A stretch of DNA of 64,000 nt. It comes from Planctomycetota bacterium (GTDB lineage: Bacteria; Planctomycetota; UBA1135; GCA-002686595). The stretch covers positions 58,251-122,250 of the forward strand of contig PBIX01000007.1 of the NCBI GenBank assembly GCA_002720975.1. Direction: 5' to 3'. This document shows, piece after piece, positions 8,441 through 17,748 of the stretch. Positions within the stretch are counted from its first letter, which is position 1, and the number at the start of each line of letters is the position of its first letter. A program made the position numbers and the translations under genes. The notes beneath the pieces were generated by a model, which was not told where the DNA came from, did not search any database, and worked only from the letters and a program-made list of their open reading frames with translations.

Positions 8441-10432
8441 ATGATACGGCGCATCTCCACGAAGTGGCTGTTGGCGGTCCTGGCGGCTGTTGTAGTCCCG
8501 TTTTCGGTGTTCGCCTACTTCGTCAACACCAAGGTGACTGAGCGGCTGGGTGAGGACGTGGTTCGCTTCCACCTGCTCTCCATGGCCGGTGATCTGGGAG
8601 ATCGCATCGATGAAGAGGTGGAGGAGCGCCGTAACGATGTCGAGCTCGTTTCATCGATTCCCGAGGTCAACTGGTTTGTAGACGGCCTGGATGATGACCG
8701 AGGCACCTTTCAAGCCAACGTAGAATTGATACTCGACCGACTCGTACTTGGACGGCAGGTCTATGACTATGTCCTGGCGCTGGACAAGTCCGGCAGGGTC
8801 GTCGGCATGAACACTGTTGGCCCCTCGGGGGAAGAAGTTGGCGCTCTCGCGGAGAACTACTTCTTCTCAACCGACTTTACGGGAGAAGACTGGTTTCAGG
8901 AGGCCATGGCCGAGGGGGTGTCCCAGGACGACTTTCACGCCCTGAGTTTGGGGCCTGCGACTCCTGGCGAACCTCTTCCCGCAGAGGGTCCTCCAACCGA
9001 GCACTATGTCAGTTTCGTACAGCGCATCGAGCCGCTGTCCAATCAGGATGGGCCCGTCGGGGTGCTCGTGGCCCTGATGAACTGGAAGCACATCCAGGAG
9101 GCGGTTGGGCGCTTCGGGGTCCGGCGGCTGGGGGATGGCGCCTCCGAACTCCATCAGGAGGACATCTACGCTTCCTCCTACGCTTGGATCTGGATGGCGG
9201 ATGCGAACACCATCATCGCACACCCCAACAGAGACCTCTACGGGCAGAAGGTGGAGAAGCTTGAGGATGGCCAGTTGATCGGCATGGTCCACGCGGCACG
9301 CGAAGCGCGCTGGGGCATGTTCCCCGACTATTCATTTCGCGGCATCGAGAAGAAGGCCGCCTTCAAGCACTGCCGAGGTTCTGAGCAGGGGGGCTTTGGG
9401 TGGGTCGTGGGTGTGGGCGTGAACAACGCCGACATTTTCGCAACTGCGGATCAACTGTCGAGGTGGTTGATCACGTTGTCGGTGTCCATCCTGATTCTGA
9501 CCGTGGTCCTGACGGCGTACATCGCGTATCGCACGACCCGGCCCATCCGAGAGCTGGAGCAGCACTTTGATCGCGTGGGTCACGGGGACCTGGATGCACA
9601 CATCGAGGTGCGCTCCGGAGATGAACTTGGTCAGCTGGCCCAGTCCTTCAACCGCATGACCGCCGAGCTGAAGGCGAACAGGGCTCAGCTTGTGCAAGCA
9701 GAGAAGGAGGCTGCCTGGAGGGGCATGGCGCGGCAGGTGGCCCACGAGATCAAGAACCCCTTGACGCCGATCAGCCTGACCCTGGGCCTGCTCAAGCGCA
9801 GTCGCGATGAAAACAGCCCGGACTTTGATTCCATCCTCAAACGGACGATTGACGTGATCCAACGTCAGGTCGAGAGCATGCGGAAGGTGGTGGGGGACTT
9901 CACGGCCCTTGCGGGCGTTCCCCGAGCGCTGGCCAGCGTCAATGTGTACGCCGTCCTCTTGGACACCCTCGAGCTTCATCGGGCTGGGGCCGAGGAGCAG
10001 GGAGTGGATCTGTGTGCCCCGAACCTGAAAGGTTCTCTTCCACCGCTGGCGCAGGCCGACCAGTCAGAGCTTCAACGGGCCCTGGTCAATCTCGTTTCCA
10101 ATGCACTTGACGCCATGCCTGCTGGCGGCAAGTTGTGTTCGGAGGTGACGGTCACAGAGCGAGATGTCCTGATTGAGTTGGCCGACACAGGTTCTGGCAT
10201 TTCTACCGAGGCGGCCGATCACTTGTTTGAACCTCACTTCACCACGCGTTCTGCGGGAACCGGCCTGGGGCTGGCGATTGCTCGTCGGGTCGTGGAGGAC
10301 GCCGGGGGGAGCATCTCCTTGGAGAACGCCACGGAGGGTCCCGGGGCCGTTGCGCGCGTGACTTTGCTCCGTTCTGGGGGCGCGGACGCTGGGGCCGAGC
10401 CGGCCGGTCCCGAGAGCGGTCCGAGTTCATGA
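8441..10432 (+). CDS. Sensor histidine kinase (extracytoplasmic sensor domain, HAMP, HisKA, HATPase_c)
   Basis: N-terminal TM, then a roughly 300-aa periplasmic domain and a second TM. HAMP region is RPIRELEQHFDRVGHGDLD...FNRMTAEL, the H-box is HEIKNPLTPI, and N and G boxes (NALDAM, DTGSGI, GTGLGL) are present. No response regulator lies adjacent. Confidence 0.85.
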   Translation: MIRRISTKWLLAVLAAVVVPFSVFAYFVNTKVTERLGEDVVRFHLLSMAGDLGDRIDEEVEERRNDVELVSSIPEVNWFVDGLDDDRGTFQANVELILDRLVLGRQVYDYVLALDKSGRVVGMNTVGPSGEEVGALAENYFFSTDFTGEDWFQEAMAEGVSQDDFHALSLGPATPGEPLPAEGPPTEHYVSFVQRIEPLSNQDGPVGVLVALMNWKHIQEAVGRFGVRRLGDGASELHQEDIYASSYAWIWMADANTIIAHPNRDLYGQKVEKLEDGQLIGMVHAAREARWGMFPDYSFRGIEKKAAFKHCRGSEQGGFGWVVGVGVNNADIFATADQLSRWLITLSVSILILTVVLTAYIAYRTTRPIRELEQHFDRVGHGDLDAHIEVRSGDELGQLAQSFNRMTAELKANRAQLVQAEKEAAWRGMARQVAHEIKNPLTPISLTLGLLKRSRDENSPDFDSILKRTIDVIQRQVESMRKVVGDFTALAGVPRALASVNVYAVLLDTLELHRAGAEEQGVDLCAPNLKGSLPPLAQADQSELQRALVNLVSNALDAMPAGGKLCSEVTVTERDVLIELADTGSGISTEAADHLFEPHFTTRSAGTGLGLAIARRVVEDAGGSISLENATEGPGAVARVTLLRSGGADAGAEPAGPESGPSS

Positions 10433-11469
10433 GCGCTCCAGCCCAGGTGCTGGTGACTGGAGCTTGTGGGTTCTTGGGCCGGGCAATCTGTCGGGAGCTG
10501 GATGCTCAGGGCTACCAGGTACACGCACTCCTCCGACCACAATCCGATCGGAGGGTTCTGGATGGAACCCGCTCCTGCCACGTGCCCGGGGATCTGATGG
10601 ACCCGGACAGTCTGCAGCGGGCCGCCCAGCATGTGTTTGAGGCGAGTTCCAGCACCTCCCCACCCTGGCTTGTTCACAATGCGGCAGCACTGGGCTATCG
10701 GCGCCGAGACGCGCTGCTTCAGCAAGCCGTCAATGTGGAGGGCACGGCGAACATCTTCTCGGCGGCGCGCCAAGCCCGCTTCACCCGCGCCCTCCACGTG
10801 AGCTCGGTCGTGACTGTGGGGCATGCAGAGAGAGAGGAGAGCGTCACCGAAGAGACGGGTTGGAATGCCGGAAGTCTCCCGGTGGAGTACGTTCAGACCA
10901 AGCGGGAGGCCGAGGAGAAGGTCTTGGCCCTCTCCAACGAACTGGATGTGCGAATCGTGAATCCTGGCGCGATTTTTGGCCCCGGTGGCGAGAAGGGGAA
11001 CACCTCCAAGCTCCTGATCGCATTGGCCCAAGGGAAGCTCGGTCCGGTTGTCCCCCCCGGAGGCATGAGTGTCGTGGGGGTTGAGGACACAGCCCGCGGA
11101 GTACGCCTGGCCTTGGAGCGTGGCCGGCGGGGGTCGCGGTACATCCTGACGGACGAGTTTCTGTGTACCCGCGACCTGTGCGAACGTGCGGTCGCGTGTA
11201 TGCGCCTGCGCGGTATCGCCGCGAAGGTACCGCTGCTGAGCGTACCGCGATCTCTGTGGCCTGCTGCCATCGCCGCGGCCCGGGTGATTGAGTGGTTTCA
11301 CGAACCCCGACTGACCACGTCTCGGGCCCTTCGCATGGTGCGCCCGGATTGGCGTGCCTCATCAGAACGAGCGCGCGAAGAGCTAGGGTGGCGACCTACT
11401 TCTTTCGACCGTGTCCTAGGTGAGACCCTCGATGATCTGGAGGCCCTGGGCCTCCTGGTCTCGAACTAG
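10429..11469 (+). CDS. NAD-dependent epimerase/dehydratase family protein (SDR, dihydroflavonol reductase-like)
   Basis: N-terminal VLVTGACGFLGRAICREL is a GxxGxxG Rossmann motif. YxxxK is present in YVQTKREAE. ATGA overlap with the kinase gene stop. Confidence 0.75.
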   Translation: MSAPAQVLVTGACGFLGRAICRELDAQGYQVHALLRPQSDRRVLDGTRSCHVPGDLMDPDSLQRAAQHVFEASSSTSPPWLVHNAAALGYRRRDALLQQAVNVEGTANIFSAARQARFTRALHVSSVVTVGHAEREESVTEETGWNAGSLPVEYVQTKREAEEKVLALSNELDVRIVNPGAIFGPGGEKGNTSKLLIALAQGKLGPVVPPGGMSVVGVEDTARGVRLALERGRRGSRYILTDEFLCTRDLCERAVACMRLRGIAAKVPLLSVPRSLWPAAIAAARVIEWFHEPRLTTSRALRMVRPDWRASSERAREELGWRPTSFDRVLGETLDDLEALGLLVSN

Positions 11470-11834
11470 GGCCGATCATCTCCATCGAATCCCCAGCGGC
11501 CCGCAATGCGTGCCCGGCGAACGGAGAGGATGTCGAGGACCCAATTCCACCATCCCAGATCCGGTATCACCTCTACTTCCTCGATCTGCATGTTGGCCAG
11601 GTTGGCGTCAGCCAGATTCTCCCGGGTGATCTGCATGGCCGACTTGGGCACATCAATCTTGAAGACCGTGATTGCAACGGCTGTGGCCTCAAAGGTGCCC
11701 GAGGTCTGAGTCGTGCGCTCAAAGTCGAGGGACGCGCAAGAGGCCAGGGCCCCTAGCAGGAGCGTGGGCAGAATCCTCGTCCAACGGGGTGCGGCGTGTG
11801 TGCGCGGTACTGTTCCAGGTGCGGTGCTGATCAT
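11466..11834 (-). CDS. Small lipoprotein of unknown function
   Basis: From ATG 11834 the product is MISTAPG...ILPTLLLGALASC/AS, which carries a lipobox. About 122 aa. Confidence 0.45.
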   Translation of the reverse strand: MISTAPGTVPRTHAAPRWTRILPTLLLGALASCASLDFERTTQTSGTFEATAVAITVFKIDVPKSAMQITRENLADANLANMQIEEVEVIPDLGWWNWVLDILSVRRARIAGRWGFDGDDRP

Positions 11835-11962
11835 GGTGTCCCAGTCTAGCACCGGGCTCCATGGCTCCCGCCAGCCCAATCAGCGGGAACTCTGCAGCCT
11901 GGACTCTTCAGGCTCATGGGTTGGTGCCATTCCGCCCTCATCCCCGCTATCCTCGCTCCTCC

Positions 11963-13186
11963 ATGGTGACCCCTGGCAGGCATACCGACTCAAGAGCCCG
12001 GATCGAGCAATTGGCCGCACACGCGAGCCAATTCGTGGAATGTTATGGTCCCGGACAGGCTCCGCGGCTCTTCTTCTCGCCCGGCCGTGTCAACCTGTTT
12101 GGTGGGCATCTTGACTACAACGGTGGTCCGGTGATGCCGACAGCCATCGATCGCGGCACCTTCATTGCGGCCCGATCGCGCTCTGACCGATTGCTGCGCA
12201 TGGCCTCGGCGTACGACCGGCAGGTTGTGGAAACCGACCTGGATCAGCTGCCCAGTGCACGTGTCAGCAAGTGGGTCGACTACCCGCTGGGCGTGGTGCT
12301 TGAGTTGACCACTCAGCTGGCAGAGTCTGGCTCAGCACTTCCCGGTGGTTTGGACATTCTCTATGGGGGCGACCTGCCCATTGGTTCGGGCCTCTCCTCT
12401 TCCGCTTCGATCTGCGTGGGTACGGCCGTGATGCTCGACTCACTATGGAGCTTGGGGCTCAGCAATCTGGATCGGGTGCGTGCAGCTCTGCGCGCGGAGC
12501 GTCATTTTGTGGGCGTGCAGTGTGGAATCATGGATCCCTACGCAATTGGATGTGCTCGGGCGGGGCACCTGCTCTGGCTGGATTGCAAGGACGAGAGCAT
12601 CGAGTATCTGCCCATCGATGGTGCTCAACTCTCGATCCTTGTCACGAATACGGGAGTGCAACGAGCCCTTGCGGCCAGTGAGTTCAACCGTCGGGTAGAC
12701 CAGTGCGCACAGGCTTTCGACATCCTGCGCTCCGCCTCTGTGGAGGCGACATGCCTACGGGATATTCCCTTGGAAGTCCTCGAATCCGAGCGGGGCTCTA
12801 TGGACCCGGTCCTGGCCAATCGAGCGGAGCACGTGATCCACGAAGTAAGGCGCACCTTCGAGGCCCGGGAGTTTCTATTGGCTGGGAACCCCGAGGGCAT
12901 GGGGGGGTGCATGACCCAGACCCATGAGTCCTTGCGCAGCCTCTACGAGGTGTCCTGCCCCGAACTGGACCTCCTGGTGGAAGCTGCAGCCACCTGTTCG
13001 GGAGCCTTCGGGGCGCGTCTGACCGGGGCAGGCTTCGGTGGTTGCACGGTGACTCTCGTGCGTAGGGGCGACGAGGATGAGGTCCAGGCAAGCCTTGAGG
13101 CGCGCTTTGAGGAGGAGTTCGGGCGATGCCCCCAGGTCGATGTGTTCGAGGGAGATCCCGGCCCGCGGGAAATCGACTGGGCCTGA
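11963..13186 (+). CDS. galK: Galactokinase
   Basis: Galactokinase signature GRVNLFGGHLDYNGG and GHMP motif GGDLPIGSGLSSSASI. The C-terminal TGAGFGGC motif is also present. Start taken at ATG 11963. Confidence 0.9.
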   Translation: MVTPGRHTDSRARIEQLAAHASQFVECYGPGQAPRLFFSPGRVNLFGGHLDYNGGPVMPTAIDRGTFIAARSRSDRLLRMASAYDRQVVETDLDQLPSARVSKWVDYPLGVVLELTTQLAESGSALPGGLDILYGGDLPIGSGLSSSASICVGTAVMLDSLWSLGLSNLDRVRAALRAERHFVGVQCGIMDPYAIGCARAGHLLWLDCKDESIEYLPIDGAQLSILVTNTGVQRALAASEFNRRVDQCAQAFDILRSASVEATCLRDIPLEVLESERGSMDPVLANRAEHVIHEVRRTFEAREFLLAGNPEGMGGCMTQTHESLRSLYEVSCPELDLLVEAAATCSGAFGARLTGAGFGGCTVTLVRRGDEDEVQASLEARFEEEFGRCPQVDVFEGDPGPREIDWA

Positions 13187-13206
13187 GCCTCCTCGATCCA
13201 GTTGGT

Positions 13207-13256
13207 CTAGCCTTGCCCGCACCCCTCTCGTCCGAAGAGGAGCACGGGCAAGCTAG
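13207..13256. terminator. Long imperfect hairpin between convergent genes; possible bidirectional terminator
   Basis: ctagccttgcccg...cgggcaagctag arms, with an inner cccctct/agaggag pairing. It sits between the galK stop (13186) and the stop of the minus-strand repeat protein (13264). Pairing judged by eye. Confidence 0.45.
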
Positions 13257-13263
13257 AGTCCTC

Positions 13264-15204
13264 TCAGTTCCCTCGGGTCGAAGCCCCGTACTGGATGCGC
13301 TTGGCAGCTTCGAGCAGAGCGGCCCCAGCAGGCTCGGTTGAAATTTCACGGCTGAAGGCGTTCTCCAACAGATCCACAGCTTCTGCAGGTCGGCCGCCGA
13401 AGAGGTAATTCGCCGCCAGCACCAGGCGTGCATCGTCATCCAGGAAATGATCTTGGATGTAGAGTTCCAGAGTGGCGATCTGGCGATCGAACTCGATGGG
13501 ATCGGCGTAGAAACCGTGCTTGTCCACCACACTCATGGCGAGCTTGGAGTCCAGCTCAAAGGCGCGGCGCAGAGCATAGGCGGCGTAGTGGTAGTCACCC
13601 GTTGCGAACAGCGAATCAGCGAGGATGAGGTACAGGATCCCGTCCTGGGGGGAGAACTCCACGGCCTTGGCATAGAAGTGAACGGCGTCACCGAAGCGAC
13701 TCTCTTGGAAGGCCTGGTCGCCCAGCGTCAGGTAGTGATCTGCGGCGCGGTTGAGGCTGCCGCCCGCTGCAGGTACCGGTGTTCCACCGGCCCAGTCCTC
13801 GGCCACGACCACTTCGCCCTCGGCGATGGGGCCCTCAACGTAGACCTCTTCCTGGGGTTCTTCGTAGACGTAGACCACGTCGGCCTGAGGATCACTCTCC
13901 ACCGTCTGATAGATGACGGATGTGTAGGACGGGTAGAAGGGGCCGTACCAGTAGTAGCTCGGGCAGCAACCGGGTGACCAATAGCCGCCGCTGTACCAGT
14001 AGTAGTTCCACCAGGAGCCCCAGCAATAGGATGACCAGCCCCAGAGCCAGCCTCCCCACCAACAGCAGGAGTCGCCCCAGCCTCCATTACCCCAGTAGCA
14101 GTTGCTGTAGTTGCCTCCCTGGTAGCAGTAGCTGGAGTTGCTGCCGTTGCCAGAGGCTCCAGAGCCCGCCCGAACGGCGTTCGCGGCGACGGATTTCTGA
14201 TAGTTGGAGCGGGCGGTCGAGATACGCTCGGCGTTCTTGGCCGCGAAGGCTGCACGCGCCTTCTGGGCCCGCTGCGCGTCCCTCTCGGTCAGAGCGGCGC
14301 GAGCCTTGTCGGCTCGGCCCTGATCGCGTGTCGCGATGGAATCGCGCACGTTCGCGGCTCTCTCCGCATTGGTCAGGCCATTGTGGCGGCCGCTGGAGGG
14401 CCCGGACGCCGCGGGGAGGTCACTCGTGTCACGCAGACGTTGGCGTGCCACGTCCCGAGCCGTGGGGCGGTAGCGCTCGAGGATGTCATCCCGCGAAATA
14501 GTGCGTGCCCGGTACCCGTCCGGTGTGACGGTGGTCGGGCGGCTACTGGCGGTCCCTGATCTGGTGCGCAGGCTCTGGGTCAGATTAGTGGGGGGAGATT
14601 GCGTTCCGCGGTAGCGGTCGCGGGACGAAACCGTGGTGCCGGATGACGGCAAGGACGTACTGGACGACTGCGGGAAGCGCACCCGCTGCGGTACCCCTGC
14701 ACTGCTGAGGTCGATGACGTTCGAGCCAGCTGCGGGTCGTGACAGGTCGGTTGTTCCACTGCTGCTGCGCGCGCGCCAGCTGAGGTCTACGGAACCGGTG
14801 CTGGGGCGGACCGTGGGTGTACTGGTCGTGGGGCTCACGGTCGGCCTTGACATGATCGACGAGCTTCCCGTGTACGAGGAGCTTGAGCGAGTGGGCGTGG
14901 TCACCGAGCGTGTGGGCGTCGAGCGCGTGGGCGTCGAGCGTGTGGGTGTCGAGCGGGTGGGTGTCGAGCGGGTGGGTGTCGCGCGGGTGGGCGTCGAGCG
15001 GGTGGGAGTTTGGGTCGAGCGCGTAGGCGTGGACCGGACCGGAGTGGATCGCACGGGGGTGGATCGGACCGGATTCTGGCGGCTGGAGGAACCGGCCCGC
15101 ACCGGCGTGCTCTGGCCACGTTTGCGTTGGGCGCTGGCATTGTCAGCGGTGAACGCGAGAGAGAACGCAAGGGCCAGAAGGAGGAGGGGTCGTTGGCTCA
15201 ACAT
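13264..15204 (-). CDS. Secreted repeat protein: signal peptide, TPTRS pentapeptide repeats, S/T/R-rich region, Trp/Tyr/Gly/Cys-rich block, C-terminal TPR-like domain
   Basis: From ATG 15204 the product starts MLSQRPLLLLALAFSLAFTADNASA (signal peptide). About 12 TP(T/V)RS units follow. Then comes ...SSYCYQGGNYSNCYWGNGGWGDSCCWWGGWLWGWSSYCWGSWWNYYWYSGGYWSPGCCPSYYWYGPFYPSY.... The C-terminal 170 aa are TPR-like (HYLTLGDQAFQESRFGDAVHFYAKAVEFSPQDG...). Confidence 0.7.
   Translation of the reverse strand: MLSQRPLLLLALAFSLAFTADNASAQRKRGQSTPVRAGSSSRQNPVRSTPVRSTPVRSTPTRSTQTPTRSTPTRATPTRSTPTRSTPTRSTPTRSTPTRSVTTPTRSSSSYTGSSSIMSRPTVSPTTSTPTVRPSTGSVDLSWRARSSSGTTDLSRPAAGSNVIDLSSAGVPQRVRFPQSSSTSLPSSGTTVSSRDRYRGTQSPPTNLTQSLRTRSGTASSRPTTVTPDGYRARTISRDDILERYRPTARDVARQRLRDTSDLPAASGPSSGRHNGLTNAERAANVRDSIATRDQGRADKARAALTERDAQRAQKARAAFAAKNAERISTARSNYQKSVAANAVRAGSGASGNGSNSSYCYQGGNYSNCYWGNGGWGDSCCWWGGWLWGWSSYCWGSWWNYYWYSGGYWSPGCCPSYYWYGPFYPSYTSVIYQTVESDPQADVVYVYEEPQEEVYVEGPIAEGEVVVAEDWAGGTPVPAAGGSLNRAADHYLTLGDQAFQESRFGDAVHFYAKAVEFSPQDGILYLILADSLFATGDYHYAAYALRRAFELDSKLAMSVVDKHGFYADPIEFDRQIATLELYIQDHFLDDDARLVLAANYLFGGRPAEAVDLLENAFSREISTEPAGAALLEAAKRIQYGASTRGN
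14886..15075. repeat. 15-bp tandem repeat (about 12 units) inside the CDS, encoding TP(T/V)RS
   Basis: On the plus strand, gtcgagcg[n]gtggg[y] is iterated, for example gtcgagcgcgtgggc gtcgagcgtgtgggt gtcgagcgggtgggt. The flanking units are more degenerate. Confidence 0.85.
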
Positions 15205-15462
15205 GAGGGCTTTCTTTCTGGGGGAGTCCGTGGGGGCGGACAATGGAGGGGATGCCGCGGAGGGTCCGCGTGGGTTCGGACCCTGCAGATCGCAAGATTG
15301 GTGCCGAACTGGTCGGCGAGAAGCGAATCTGCCCCAAATGAGGCATGGCGTACCCAAGAACGTGGTTGGGAAGCCCGTCTTTTCCTTTCAGGGGAGGCCG
15401 CCGTCCCGAGAACTGTGCCCTCTGCGGGGTACACGCTCCCCTCTGAGAGGCCAGGATGGGGG

Positions 15463-16635
15463 CTAGTGTTCCCGGCTGGGGAGCGCGGAGACCCAGACCA
15501 ATTCGGCCCTGCGCGGGGTCGAGTGGGCGGGCTGCACCCTCAGAAACAGGGCCCGGGGAGTCCCCTCCGATGCGGCCCTCATCTCCTTCATGTCCAGAGG
15601 GGAGAGCGTGGGTGCGGGCAGGAATCGGCTGATGGCTGGCCCCCCTTCCAGGCCATTCCAGCCCGGGGCAGCGGGGCTCCCGTCACCATCTTCCAGTACC
15701 AACCAGATGGCCTCCGGCACGCCCGCTGAAGTCAATTCCACATGGGGAGAGGCGGAGAGCGCCTTGTCGCAGAGGGCCATCTGGCGCTCCGCCTCGGTGA
15801 TCGCCGCCGTCAGGGTTGTATTGGGGGGTAGGGCCTGCCGCTGGAAAACGAGGGGGCCAAGCTGAAAGGGAACACAACTCCGGACCGCTTGACCCTTGGT
15901 CCTCTCACGCTGGTCAGCTGGGATGAACCAGGCGTCCAGGTAGCGGGAGTCCAGATCGACTTCGAGCACTTCCTCCTCCCATACCAAAGCGCCGCGCAGG
16001 TAGACATCGAATGCAGCCGGTCGTGTGCGCCCCGCCTCCTCGGTCCAACCCACGGTTCGGAAGGACTCCCTCTCCTGGTCTTCCGCATCGAAGGCGTCCA
16101 TCCGGATCGGCAGGTGAGCACCTTCTCCTTCCAGTACTGCTTCCAGGTGCCCAAAACCAGCGACCTCTGTCCGCAGGCGGTTCTCTCCGGCAGAGGTCCA
16201 CTCAAAGCCGAGCGGCCATAGGAAGAGAGCGCGCCGTAATTCGAACTCCATGACGGCCGCAGCGGCGTGTACCCCTGAGAGCTCGCGGCTCTCCTTCTTC
16301 CCAGGTGGGATGGACCACAACTGATCACCAAAGCGATAGTTGATGGCGCGCTGGGCCGAACGGCCCCCGTCCGGGCGTAGCAGGGAGCGTGCGCGATCAG
16401 GGAACGCGAAGCTGAGTTCGAGCTGATGGGGTTGATCGGGATAGGAGATGAAAGTGATCCGCGAACGGTGACCGAGCCCCATCAGGTTGCCGATCTTTTG
16501 GCGTTCCTGAACTCCCAAGTTCGAATCGGAGGGAGTGTCGGTCAGCGGCGGAGGCTCCGGATCTCCTTGGGGGGGACCACAGGCCACAAAGGCCAGGAGC
16601 ATCGCCGTGCGGGTGGCGAAGAGTGGGACGGTCAT
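15463..16635 (-). CDS. Hypothetical lipoprotein
   Basis: 390-aa ORF with N-terminal MTVPLFATRTAMLLAFVAC/GPP (lipobox). No recognisable domain motif. Confidence 0.5.
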   Translation of the reverse strand: MTVPLFATRTAMLLAFVACGPPQGDPEPPPLTDTPSDSNLGVQERQKIGNLMGLGHRSRITFISYPDQPHQLELSFAFPDRARSLLRPDGGRSAQRAINYRFGDQLWSIPPGKKESRELSGVHAAAAVMEFELRRALFLWPLGFEWTSAGENRLRTEVAGFGHLEAVLEGEGAHLPIRMDAFDAEDQERESFRTVGWTEEAGRTRPAAFDVYLRGALVWEEEVLEVDLDSRYLDAWFIPADQRERTKGQAVRSCVPFQLGPLVFQRQALPPNTTLTAAITEAERQMALCDKALSASPHVELTSAGVPEAIWLVLEDGDGSPAAPGWNGLEGGPAISRFLPAPTLSPLDMKEMRAASEGTPRALFLRVQPAHSTPRRAELVWVSALPSREH

Positions 16636-16695
16636 CTGCCCTAGCCTACACCAAGGCCTGCGCAGAGCCTTCTGTCGGCACTCCGGGCGCGCCGG

Positions 16696-17637
16696 TCAGG
16701 GCAGGCGATGGGCCCATTGGACCCACTCCTCGTGCGTGGGATAATTGCGTCCCGAGAGGCGCTGCAGATCCCGTAGCACGGCACGGTTCACAGTATCGTT
16801 CACCTTGCCGAGGGAGGCTGTCAGGGCGCGGGCGCAATTGCCCCGGGAGCGGACTTCGTGCTTGCCGAGGTACGCTATCGCGCGGCTGGCAGCCATGGCC
16901 GTCGAGTCCAGATCGTCTTCGTAGAGCTGCAGGGCCAGAGCGCCGATGGAATCCACGTCCCGCTCAAAGGCGAGGATCAGGGCAGACTTGGTGCGTACGT
17001 AGGCCGCATCGTCGTGTAGTCCGGCGCGCGCGGCCTCCACGACTTCAGGGATCGTGGGGGAGCCCACTTGCAGGCACTCGAGCAGGGCCAGGGATGCGTT
17101 GCCACGAATCTGCTCGCTGGATCCGAACCGCATCTGGTGCACAATGCCCTGGAGGGGTGTCGTCGGCTCGCCGAGAACCGACAGGCCCACGAGGGCGTTG
17201 TTGACCACCTCCTGATCGGGATCGGCGAGGGCGTTGAGAAGTGGGCTCAGTGCCCGGTCGGAGCTCGTGAATCCCAAGGCTGTTGCGGCAACCCGGCGGT
17301 TGTAGGGCGGGCCGGACTCCAGTTGCTCGACGAGCAGATCGAACAGCTTGAGTGAGCGGCTGCGGATGGCGTCCTCGAGCCGGCTCAGGGTGCGCCGGTC
17401 CCGATCCTGGTTGCCTGTAAGAAAGCTGTGGTTCCACTGTTGGATGGAGCGGTCGAGGGTCGTGATGTACGTCCCAACGGAGGACTGCTCGCGGATGGCC
17501 CCGGGGTTGTAGACCGACACCTTCAGGCGCTCGCGCTCGGCCGCCAGCCCCTTGCTCTCCTTGGGTGCGGCGCAGGATGTAGCGATGGCCAGAGCGAGGA
17601 GGAGGGTCAGTGGGGTTCGATGTATGGGAGGCGACAT
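16696..17637 (-). CDS. HEAT-repeat lipoprotein
   Basis: Lipobox in LLLALAIATSC/AAP. Repeated helical units of HEAT/PBS-lyase type are present (RRVAATALGFTSSDRALSPLLNALADPDQEVVNNALVGLSVLG; RGNASLALLE...; DAAYVRTKSALILA). Confidence 0.6.
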   Translation of the reverse strand: MSPPIHRTPLTLLLALAIATSCAAPKESKGLAAERERLKVSVYNPGAIREQSSVGTYITTLDRSIQQWNHSFLTGNQDRDRRTLSRLEDAIRSRSLKLFDLLVEQLESGPPYNRRVAATALGFTSSDRALSPLLNALADPDQEVVNNALVGLSVLGEPTTPLQGIVHQMRFGSSEQIRGNASLALLECLQVGSPTIPEVVEAARAGLHDDAAYVRTKSALILAFERDVDSIGALALQLYEDDLDSTAMAASRAIAYLGKHEVRSRGNCARALTASLGKVNDTVNRAVLRDLQRLSGRNYPTHEEWVQWAHRLP

Positions 17638-17748
17638 GGGCTCTCTTGGACGATTGGCCGGGAAGGGTCTTCCCTGGAAGGGGAGGAATGTCGGCCGCTG
17701 CGGTGGTTAGGATGGAGCCTGGGCCCCGTTTGCCCAGCCCCACCACCT

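Noticed and set aside
7331-8572. Full 413-aa version of the heptosyltransferase ORF.
   Set aside because: The N-terminal ~78 residues have no GT9 counterpart and would overlap the divergent histidine kinase gene and its promoter region. The conserved GT9 N-terminus begins right after GTG 8338.
14886-15075. Regular short repeats considered as a possible CRISPR array.
   Set aside because: The period is only 15 bp with no unique spacers. The repeats lie in frame inside a long ORF and encode TPTRS units. No cas genes are nearby.
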